The position numbers were made by a program, and so were the translations under genes. From a virus: DNA of 64,000 nt. Below the pieces are notes generated by a model that did no database searches, had not been told where the DNA came from, and saw only the letters and a list, made by a program, of their open reading frames with translations. Positions within the stretch are counted from its first letter, which is position 1, and each line of letters starts with the position of its first letter. Of this stretch, positions 25,104 through 33,192 are shown in pieces. Location: positions 3,963-67,962 of IMG/VR virus record IMGVR_UViG_3300005844_000002. The stretch is one strand, 5' to 3'.

Positions 25104-26563
25104 CAGAGTGAGTCGCTATCCTCGCCGCGTTCACGGGCGGTCACGGCTTTTTCAAACGCCTCTCCAAAGTCCAAATCAATCTTTCCGGTCTTACGAGGCT
25201 CTTCTGATTTACGAGAACCTGAAAGGATCGATCCTTCTTTGGGTGTAGTGCGCGTTCCGTTCTTAAGCTTAGAAAGCTCCGCTTCCAGCGCCTTAATCTT
25301 CGCGGCCTGCGCCCCGTTCTCTTTACGCAGATGATGCGCCTCTACTCCACCAAGAAGGATTTCCTTTACCTTATCGGCCGAATTGGTCGGAGGATTTTTG
25401 ATCATTGATCGAAGCTGCTTAGCGAATTCGTTGTGCTCTTCGATTTGTTTCTTCTGCTCTGCCGTAGCACCAGCCGGTAAATCTTTATCCTTAAGCCAGT
25501 CCTTACTCTTAATCTGGGATTCGGCCCAATCCGAATACTCCTTGCGCGTTTTCTCAAGGTTGGCCTCTTGTTCCTGCTGAAACTTGGTGCGTTGCTCTTC
25601 CTGGCTCTTAAAATACTTCTCCGCTTCCGCTGTTTCTTTTTCAAAGAAACGCTTCTTCTCCGCACGAGTCATGGACTGCTGGGCCATAGCCGAACGGATC
25701 TCTTCGGCATCACCAACCGGCATGGCATTGAGCCATGTTTTTACGAGGTCTGCTGCTGTTTTTTCAACAGTAACAATATCTCCGTTTGCATCGGATTCTT
25801 TGATCTTGTAGACCTTGTTTGATCGTGAGAACTCCGCGAAGCCTCCAGCCTTTTCGATTTCCTTTAAAGTTGGCTCGCCCAGCTGATATTTATTTAAGAC
25901 TTCCTTGATCGTGCTCTCGGCCTGAACTACGGGAACTTCGAACTTAGTTTTTACCTCAGGATCAGTATCGAGATCGTAGCGACGGCGATAACGCAGCAAA
26001 TCCTTGCGCGTATTCTCCAGCTCCTCCTTCATCTTTGTAAGCTCTTCCGAGCCTTGCGTAGTCGCGGCCTTTGTCTGAAGCTCTTTGATGATAGCTTCTT
26101 TCTCAGCTAGCGTCTTGTCACGGAACTCTACCTTTTCCAGTAATTGACTGATGCGCCGAGCGGTAAGCGGCTTATCGTTCGGCGTAACCTTGAGCATGTC
26201 ATCTGGCAATGGCTCAGGTTTCTGCTCCTGCTTAATCTCGGTCTGTTCCTCTGGCTTTACCTCTTCTTTCTTCTCCTCTGGTTTCTGTTCAACCTTTGGC
26301 TCGCGCTGGCGGCGGTCTACCTTCTTTGGTTTCTCTGGTTCTTCCCCGCGCTCACGCTGGCCTTCCATCTTTTCCGCAGCTTCTAGGAAATCCGGCAATT
26401 CCGTAGAAGGATTGCCCTTTGAATCCAACACCGTGTTATTGGTAACAGCCGAGTCGTCTGGTCGCTCAATAGGCTGAACCTGAGGTTGAGGCTTTAACGC
26501 TGCACTACGCCCATCTGCCGCACTGTCGAAATCTTGGAGTTCTGGTGTGATTAAGGATGCCAT
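25103..26563 (-). CDS. Capsid scaffolding protein (putative)
   Basis: 486 aa with an acidic disordered N-terminus and long coiled coil, downstream of portal. Confidence 0.6.
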   Translation of the reverse strand: MASLITPELQDFDSAADGRSAALKPQPQVQPIERPDDSAVTNNTVLDSKGNPSTELPDFLEAAEKMEGQRERGEEPEKPKKVDRRQREPKVEQKPEEKKEEVKPEEQTEIKQEQKPEPLPDDMLKVTPNDKPLTARRISQLLEKVEFRDKTLAEKEAIIKELQTKAATTQGSEELTKMKEELENTRKDLLRYRRRYDLDTDPEVKTKFEVPVVQAESTIKEVLNKYQLGEPTLKEIEKAGGFAEFSRSNKVYKIKESDANGDIVTVEKTAADLVKTWLNAMPVGDAEEIRSAMAQQSMTRAEKKRFFEKETAEAEKYFKSQEEQRTKFQQEQEANLEKTRKEYSDWAESQIKSKDWLKDKDLPAGATAEQKKQIEEHNEFAKQLRSMIKNPPTNSADKVKEILLGGVEAHHLRKENGAQAAKIKALEAELSKLKNGTRTTPKEGSILSGSRKSEEPRKTGKIDLDFGEAFEKAVTARERGEDSDSL

Positions 26564-26566
26564 AAA

Positions 26567-26827
26567 TTATGGTTCAAGTGAGTCTGGTTTCTCTGAAGGC
26601 TCCCTTGCCGGGAGAGTTGTTAAAATATTTTCCACGTCCTCAAGCGCGGCCAAATAGCCTTTAAGCTCGATAGCTTGATGCATCATCTTTTCGACTTCAT
26701 CGGCATGTACTTTAGGGGCATGATGCCGACGTAAAAACTCTAGCCCTTCCATCAATAATCCAGAGCTAGCAAAGTCTCGGAAAGCACCTATGGTCTTCTT
26801 ATCAAGAACAGGAGAGGGTTTTGCCAT
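26567..26827 (-). CDS. Small portal-adjacent protein
   Basis: Typical position after the portal gene; helical. Confidence 0.65.
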   Translation of the reverse strand: MAKPSPVLDKKTIGAFRDFASSGLLMEGLEFLRRHHAPKVHADEVEKMMHQAIELKGYLAALEDVENILTTLPAREPSEKPDSLEP

Positions 26828-26893
26828 TACTCGGCAAAACTGGATTCGCTAAATATTTCCGTCAATGGTAAAGCTTAGAAAATAAGAAATATC

Positions 26894-29038
26894 TTAGCCG
26901 ACTTGCTGAGGAAACGGAGCCACGTTGTTTGGAACCTGTGGTTGTCCCTGCTGAGCCGCTGCCATCATTGCTTGTTGCTGAGCCTGCGCTTGAGCGGCTT
27001 GAGCTTGCTGCTGTTGGAGCGCTTCGATCGACTTCTCGTAAGTCGCAATAAATGACTTCTTTTGATTGATCTGCTCGGTGGGGATCATCTTAAGAGCGAC
27101 CGCAGACTGATAGTGCGCCGCGTAGTGCTTCAGCATCGCCTGAGCTACGTTAACCTTGCCAGCCTTGATGACTGCATCCATTGCCGAAGGATAGCCTTCT
27201 TGCGGAGGCGTAGTCATGGTTTCCATATGCACCCAGTGATTGTCTTTAGCGATAACCGGCAGGTTGATTCCACTGCCAATTGTGGTCAGTTCCTCAAGCT
27301 GTGTGCGTTGAGCAAGCGTTTGATCCTGAGTATCGCCGTCTGGCACAACCAAGTAATCGACCAGGCTTTGACCGCCGACCGCACTAGCCATAAGCTTGGC
27401 GGCGTTGGTCTGTCTGAACAATGGGTTATTGAGCGTACTCTGGGCAAATTGCGCTTTTTGCGCGGCCATAGCAGGTGTAAAGTCTGTGACCGACTGAATA
27501 GCCGGTTGCTCTACCAAGAGATCCAACTCCTCTGGGGTTAGCGCAATCCCATCATCGTTTCCTTCCAAAAGCTTTTTACGAACTTCCTTCGCTACCTTGT
27601 CATTACTGCCCTTCATTGTCAGCCGTTTGGTCATAGGCTGAATCAGATATGCAAACTGTTGCATCCATCCCTCTAAAACGTCACGTTGCACCTCCTGCTC
27701 TTGCGCCATAGCCGCGTTAATCTGAGCGGCCTTAATGTCCGATGGCTGGCTTGGAATGTCCGGCAAGTAGGAGCCAATGATCTGCTGCATCCATTGCCGC
27801 ATCTGTTGCTCAAGGGCGATGTATCCCTGAGGATTTGGGGCAATTCCACCTACGTTATTGGCAAATTGAGCTTCGGAAACAATGATAGAGGTATCGTTAA
27901 CGGTCATTTCGACCTTAGAAGCATCCTTGGCCTGAGGCACCTGGAGCTTCATTTTGTTCGACATCCTAAGATTGTCGATGGAATCGCAGCGTACTTTCTC
28001 TAGCTGAACTGCCATGTCGTAGAGAAGTTGGCCTGCTCCCCAAGATCCATGGATAGTCCCGTCACCATACCCAAAAACCATTGGGATAACTACGTCATTC
28101 ATTGAATCGTAGGCATCCAACTTTTCGTACAATAGTGCCCAGTTCGTTTCTGGCGCATCCTTCCACAGAATGTAGTGGCTTACTTTGCCCGTCCCCTCCA
28201 AAACAAAGAGGTGCTGGGTTTTGATTACCTTGTAACCCTTTTCGTAGGAGTAGTCCCAGACCTGCTCGCGGATAAGCTCTTCGAACTTCCGCATGTTCTC
28301 CATCGTCCAGGATTGGCTTGGCGTAGTCGCTCGGTGAACCGCAGCCGCGACAGCCTCTTTGTCCCAGTCGTCTTTGTTTCCGTCCCGAGCCAACTTTAAA
28401 AGTTCGTCTGGCTGATACTCCCAAAGAAGAGTAAACCGTGCCAAATTGTCATCCATGATCTCGGCCCCGCGAGGTACAAATCCCCTATCCATCCGGACCA
28501 TATGCGGACGCCATTGATAGGGATCAGTGAAGCAGCCGAATGTAAACCCATAGTCTACTACTTCACTGGATAATCCACGAACAAAGGTCGGAAACTTCCT
28601 CCATGCCTTAATCGCTTTTGTGATTGTCTCTCTAAAGAACTGAGTCTTTTCTTGTCCGAGCGGCCATCCCGGCGGTAACTCTGCTGCTGTGAGCGTCGAC
28701 GCGGTCAATATCGGCATATAAAGCCGGGGTGCCGCTCTTTTAAGTTCTGTGGCTAAAGCGCGGGTAGATATGTTGGTCTTATACGCCTTGCCCTGATCTT
28801 TTAGGCTTGCTCGGGAATAAGGCGTATCTCCTTGCTTCTTGGCCGTGATCCGCGCCGCATTCTGAATTAGCTTCTTAGCATCCGTAATATCCCGCTCCAC
28901 CATCTGGATTGCCTGCGATACCGAGCTCACCACTCGGTTTGTCTGCTCTAAGTCGCTCTCGTTTACTTCAGGATCGTTCCCGAATTCGTCCAGAGAGCCT
29001 GATGTTTCCAAATCCGAATAAGGGAGCTTGTCTGCCAT
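26894..29038 (-). CDS. Portal protein (putative)
   Basis: 714 aa; VVDYGFTFG, GTIHGSWGAG, AAQINA, DNHWVHM; Q-rich C-terminal barrel as in podovirus portals. Confidence 0.7.
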   Translation of the reverse strand: MADKLPYSDLETSGSLDEFGNDPEVNESDLEQTNRVVSSVSQAIQMVERDITDAKKLIQNAARITAKKQGDTPYSRASLKDQGKAYKTNISTRALATELKRAAPRLYMPILTASTLTAAELPPGWPLGQEKTQFFRETITKAIKAWRKFPTFVRGLSSEVVDYGFTFGCFTDPYQWRPHMVRMDRGFVPRGAEIMDDNLARFTLLWEYQPDELLKLARDGNKDDWDKEAVAAAVHRATTPSQSWTMENMRKFEELIREQVWDYSYEKGYKVIKTQHLFVLEGTGKVSHYILWKDAPETNWALLYEKLDAYDSMNDVVIPMVFGYGDGTIHGSWGAGQLLYDMAVQLEKVRCDSIDNLRMSNKMKLQVPQAKDASKVEMTVNDTSIIVSEAQFANNVGGIAPNPQGYIALEQQMRQWMQQIIGSYLPDIPSQPSDIKAAQINAAMAQEQEVQRDVLEGWMQQFAYLIQPMTKRLTMKGSNDKVAKEVRKKLLEGNDDGIALTPEELDLLVEQPAIQSVTDFTPAMAAQKAQFAQSTLNNPLFRQTNAAKLMASAVGGQSLVDYLVVPDGDTQDQTLAQRTQLEELTTIGSGINLPVIAKDNHWVHMETMTTPPQEGYPSAMDAVIKAGKVNVAQAMLKHYAAHYQSAVALKMIPTEQINQKKSFIATYEKSIEALQQQQAQAAQAQAQQQAMMAAAQQGQPQVPNNVAPFPQQVG

Positions 29039-29073
29039 TAACCTACAAATGATTTATTTGCTTGCCAGTCAAT

Positions 29074-29568
29074 TCAAAGATCCAATAGCCCAGAGGGAAT
29101 CTCTTTGGTTTTGCTGCAAATCAAAGTAGGCGGCTCTTGGCGGCGCGTTACGTGAACCTTTAGCCCAACAAGCAAGCCGCGCATCTCCTCTTCATTCTCA
29201 CGATGAAAATCGTGGCACACAATGAAGTCTGCGTTATCCACGAATACCCTGAACGAGTCGGCCCGGGTCCAAAACTCGCGGCTTTGATCCATGAACACAA
29301 CAGACCATCTAATGTTAGGATATGGGTCGGTCCTATCGGAAAGGCTGATCTCGTGATACATGGACTTCAGATTAATAAAACGATTCATCCAGTTCACGTC
29401 AGACTCTAAAGAAACCAGCGTACGTTTCTGGCTTACACACATTGCGTGTAGTAATGGCGTTGAAAAGTTGCCCATTCCTAGTTCACAGACTGGGCCGTAG
29501 GTATTGCTAACACACGTTACCAGTGCAGGTAAGTGACTAGACCACATCGCCTCTTCATCGGGATTCAT
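29074..29568 (-). CDS. SAM-dependent methyltransferase-like protein
   Basis: GPVCELGMGNFSTP, LVSLES, VVFMD, IVCHD. Confidence 0.65.
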   Translation of the reverse strand: MNPDEEAMWSSHLPALVTCVSNTYGPVCELGMGNFSTPLLHAMCVSQKRTLVSLESDVNWMNRFINLKSMYHEISLSDRTDPYPNIRWSVVFMDQSREFWTRADSFRVFVDNADFIVCHDFHRENEEEMRGLLVGLKVHVTRRQEPPTLICSKTKEIPSGLLDL

Positions 29569-30958
29569 TGTATTTTGGATCAGGGGTTATGGATCTAAAA
29601 CACGTTATAGACTTCTGAAAGTAAAGCCCGCATCTTCCGCGACCCTCTCCTCTTCCCTTAGCTTGGATAGCGTCGATGTACAGTTGATCAGAATCCTGGT
29701 CCAGTGGATCTTGAGGACATCCCAAGATAGGATCGTCCTCAGGCGGGTAAAAGAAAATCACGTCGTCTGCATCCTGTTCGATGTTTCCTGACTCGCGAAG
29801 GTCGGACAGACGAGGCTCACGTTTCTCCCGCTCCATCTCGCGGCCAACCTGGGCCAATAGAACGACCGGGATCTTTAGGTCCATAGCAAGATCCTTAAAG
29901 GCCATTGTCATTCTTCCCAGCGCTATATCGCGGTTCTCGCCCTTAGATTGCTCTGGATCGTAGCGCTGGAGGTAGTCTATCAGAATAGCCTTTAGCTTCT
30001 TCGTTTGGGCCAATGCCTTTGCGCGTGCTATGACATGCGAGAGTGTTCTATCACGATCAAAGACATGCAGCGTCTTAGACGCCTGAACCTCTCCAAGCGC
30101 CAATATGAACTGATCCTGCTGCTTTGCCTCAAGCTGGTTCTTCCTGAAAAGCCGCCAGGAAATGCCAGATAAGGTCTGAGCGAACAGCGGAGGCAGTTGG
30201 TCAACTGGCATCTCGCGAGAGAATAGTGCAATATCTCCGTACTTTTCGGCCCAACTCCATGCCGCTTGCCGCGCTGCGCTTGACTTACCGATACCGGGAC
30301 GAGCAGCAAAGATGATAAGGCTACCCGGCTTAGCCTCGCCAAATCGTTCGTTCCATTCTCGCCAAGGCCACTCTAATCCAATATCGGATTCAGTCGGCAT
30401 CCTGTTCTTGATTCTAATCGCCTTTTCTATTGCTTGCTTTGCGGCCTCTGGAAGTGTTTTGATCACCTGCGTTGAGTGCCTGATCGAAAGGATTCGATTC
30501 ATCTCGGTTGTGAACTTTTCGACTTCCGCGTTCTCCGAGTAAGCTAACTCTGCCACGTTTCGGCCAGACTGGATCAGCTCTCGCATCACGTATGTCTCGC
30601 GCACACGATCTATGTGGTAATCTAGTTCCATAGTGGTTGGAACCTTTCCGCTAACCTCCATCAGATAGGCTATGGCTGTTTTCCCATCCACCTGGATCGC
30701 CTCAAGTCTCTGCGTCTTTCTCAGTTCCTCGATCATCACATCCAGTGTGAGTTCTCTCCCGTGCCTGTGAAGCCAAAGGAATGCCTGGTAGATTTGCCTG
30801 TTTGCTGGCTCGTAGAAGCACTCGGGGGATATGTGGCCGTCCATCGCCTTAGCTAGCGAGTGTACTCCATCAATGAAAATGCTGCTCAATAAGCTAGACT
30901 CAGAGTCTTTTGAATGGGGCGGAATCCTCTCGGAAACTGGCATATTGTTTGTTACCAT
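29555..30958 (-). CDS. dnaB: Replicative DNA helicase
   Basis: PPHS..SE N-terminus, Walker A AARPGIGKS, FSREM, IDYLQ, LAQVGR, DLRESGNIEQDAD; start moved to about 30958. Confidence 0.93.
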   Translation of the reverse strand: MVTNNMPVSERIPPHSKDSESSLLSSIFIDGVHSLAKAMDGHISPECFYEPANRQIYQAFLWLHRHGRELTLDVMIEELRKTQRLEAIQVDGKTAIAYLMEVSGKVPTTMELDYHIDRVRETYVMRELIQSGRNVAELAYSENAEVEKFTTEMNRILSIRHSTQVIKTLPEAAKQAIEKAIRIKNRMPTESDIGLEWPWREWNERFGEAKPGSLIIFAARPGIGKSSAARQAAWSWAEKYGDIALFSREMPVDQLPPLFAQTLSGISWRLFRKNQLEAKQQDQFILALGEVQASKTLHVFDRDRTLSHVIARAKALAQTKKLKAILIDYLQRYDPEQSKGENRDIALGRMTMAFKDLAMDLKIPVVLLAQVGREMEREKREPRLSDLRESGNIEQDADDVIFFYPPEDDPILGCPQDPLDQDSDQLYIDAIQAKGRGEGRGRCGLYFQKSITCFRSITPDPKYNESR

Positions 30959-31079
30959 AATCCCTGCTAAAATTTGTCTATCGACCGAAGATGCTTGGCG
31001 ACTAAGAAATCTCTTAGCGTTTCGGTCAATCATAAAAAATAAGAGTTGCAAGCGGTAGAAAATTAATTTGACTTTTAAC

Positions 31080-31331
31080 ATGCAAGCGCCACTCACCGTT
31101 TTTGATCGCATCCAAGCCCGATTGGAAAAATCGGAAGGTGAAGGTACTACCGTGGTTAAGTTCATTCTTGGTAAATCTGAGATTGACTGCCTTAAGGAAT
31201 GGTGCCGTGCGGACGAGATAGAGGTTTTGGATGAGGCTAGCGGAGCATTCACGTTTCGCGGCATCAGCATTGAGCCAGTTAACTTCTACTCTTACTTCGC
31301 TTACGAGATGCTAGAACTTGCTCTGGTGTAA
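31080..31331 (+). CDS. Hypothetical protein
   Basis: Divergent from dnaB. Confidence 0.45.
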   Translation: MQAPLTVFDRIQARLEKSEGEGTTVVKFILGKSEIDCLKEWCRADEIEVLDEASGAFTFRGISIEPVNFYSYFAYEMLELALV

Positions 31332-31432
31332 TGCTGGATCGGTTCGGTGCGTTTCTTTACCAATTCGACTTGGCTTGGTATCGGCGCACGATCATACGCC
31401 TGCTTAAACGCAGATCAGACTCACTTTCCCTG

Positions 31433-31674
31433 TTGACTCAGGAAAAACCTAAGTCCATAGAACCTATCAGCACACAGGAAACTGAAGGCGTAAAAAGTGC
31501 TAAGACTCCGAAGCCGGAGCGCTCAGATTAGAATCGCCGACTAGTAGGAGACAGAGGCGTAGACATACGCTGCTTACCGCCGCGAGCAGCAAGAGACGAT
31601 GCGAGAATCGAGCTTTCTCGGTGCGCTGTCTTGTGTCGCCTTTACAAATCTATGTCGCCCCGAGAATCCCTAAA
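31433..31674 (+). promoter_or_regulatory. Promoter and structured 5' leader of the capsid gene
   Basis: TTGACT-17-CATAGA; multibranch stems 31485-90/31637-42 and 31549-54/31626-31 plus four small hairpins. Confidence 0.5.
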
Positions 31675-32907
31675 ATGGCTTCTTATTCCGCGTGCGCACT
31701 CACGCCTTCCGATTACGGTCAGCTCATTGCCGACCAGAATCCAGTAATCACTCTCTCGGTCATTCAGCACTTGGCAATCAATTCGCCTTGGGCTAACTTC
31801 CTCGATGCAGGTACGGTTGAGGCTAACGTAGGTGAGAACATCGTCTCCCTCGCATCAGCCCGTACAGCTATCGGCCAATCTCAAGTTCAGCCTGTTTTCG
31901 GCGACTTGTCCCAAGCTTGCGGTACTCTCGGAAACGTGGCACAATGGGGCCAGTTCGAGTACACCACGAAGCTTCAAGTACTTCGCGGCACGTCACAACC
32001 AATTTGCGTAAACGCCACACGCTTCTCAGTAAAAAACTCGCTCGTCCAAGCAATCGAGTGGATGAAGCGAACCATCACGGACGTTTACAACGCAGACGTG
32101 CGCTACAACCTCCTTTCGATGTCGGGCACAAAAGCGGTTCTTCGCGCTACCGACACCCAAGTATCCCAAGCTATCACTGGTGGTGAGTGGCAGGTTTCTG
32201 TTCCATTCCGTGGCGGCGTACCAACAGCCCAGCTTACTTTCGCGTGGCTCAAGGCCCTTTCGGACTACGCCCGTTACAACTATCAGCCAATGATGTTTGG
32301 CCAGGGCGCAGACGAATATGCGCTATTCATCGGATCTCCCGAGATCACCGATGTTATGCGCAATGAAGCAGGCGTTAACAACGTTCTATCGGTCACCACG
32401 GCTGGTTCTTTCAAGGACGGCAAAGACTCTCTCTGGAAGTACGCTTGGATCGATGTCAACTTTCGCGGCATTAAGCTGGCCATCGACCCGAAGCCCCTCC
32501 GCTTCGACACTGTTGGCGTTAACGGCTTCCCGAACTTTATCGAGCCATACACGAAGTCCACTTCGGACTTTGGCTTTTACAACGCCAATAACTCTGCCTA
32601 CCTCGGCGCACAATACGAAGTCGGCTTCTTGGTATACAAGTCAGCCTTCCGCCGCCTCGTGCCAGCAAAGTACACAGGTGAGGGTGAAGCTAAATGGGCA
32701 ACCCAGATGTTCGGTGGCGAGCTCAATTGGCGCAACGTCATTGACAACGCTTGTAACCCCTTCGGCGACTTTGGTAATTTTATCTACCAAATTGCGCGCG
32801 CCTATCAGGCGCAAATGCCTCACGTCGTGATCCCCATTCTCTACAAGCGCTGCGCCGGAGGACTCGGATTGCAGACTTGCACGGGAGTCACCGATCTAAG
32901 CGGTTGA
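31675..32907 (+). CDS. Major capsid protein (putative)
   Basis: 410 aa, biased codons, own promoter and strong terminator, upstream of the tail genes; start moved to ATG 31675. Confidence 0.75.
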   Translation: MASYSACALTPSDYGQLIADQNPVITLSVIQHLAINSPWANFLDAGTVEANVGENIVSLASARTAIGQSQVQPVFGDLSQACGTLGNVAQWGQFEYTTKLQVLRGTSQPICVNATRFSVKNSLVQAIEWMKRTITDVYNADVRYNLLSMSGTKAVLRATDTQVSQAITGGEWQVSVPFRGGVPTAQLTFAWLKALSDYARYNYQPMMFGQGADEYALFIGSPEITDVMRNEAGVNNVLSVTTAGSFKDGKDSLWKYAWIDVNFRGIKLAIDPKPLRFDTVGVNGFPNFIEPYTKSTSDFGFYNANNSAYLGAQYEVGFLVYKSAFRRLVPAKYTGEGEAKWATQMFGGELNWRNVIDNACNPFGDFGNFIYQIARAYQAQMPHVVIPILYKRCAGGLGLQTCTGVTDLSG

Positions 32908-32935
32908 TCGAGAGATCGTGGTATTAGGAAAGCGC

Positions 32936-32968
32936 GGGCTCGGATGAAATGTCCGAGCCCTTTTTATT
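32936..32968 (+). terminator. Intrinsic terminator
   Basis: GGGCTCGGA...TCCGAGCCC followed by a T-run. Confidence 0.85.
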
Positions 32969-33012
32969 AGATCTGCGTTGAACACCGATCGTAATTCATC
33001 AATCTAAATTCA

Positions 33013-33192
33013 ATGCCAACGCCATTAACATCCGATCAAAACGATACTTTCCAAGTTTCGATTTATAAGATGGCGTATAACTTTTGGGTTCTTGCTGTGA
33101 CTGCTGGCTATTCAGGACCAGCACCAGATCCTAAAGCATCGTATTCAGAATTACTCCAATTAACAGTTGATTATACCGCGCTACTCTCATGA
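33013..33192 (+). CDS. 59-aa protein (not in the ORF track)
   Basis: MPTPLTSDQNDTFQVSIYKM...; ATGA overlap with 33189. Confidence 0.65.
   Translation: MPTPLTSDQNDTFQVSIYKMAYNFWVLAVTAGYSGPAPDPKASYSELLQLTVDYTALLS

Noticed and set aside
30959-31270. 104-aa N-terminal extension of DnaB
   Set aside because: It precedes the normal PPHS start region and overlaps a divergent ORF.
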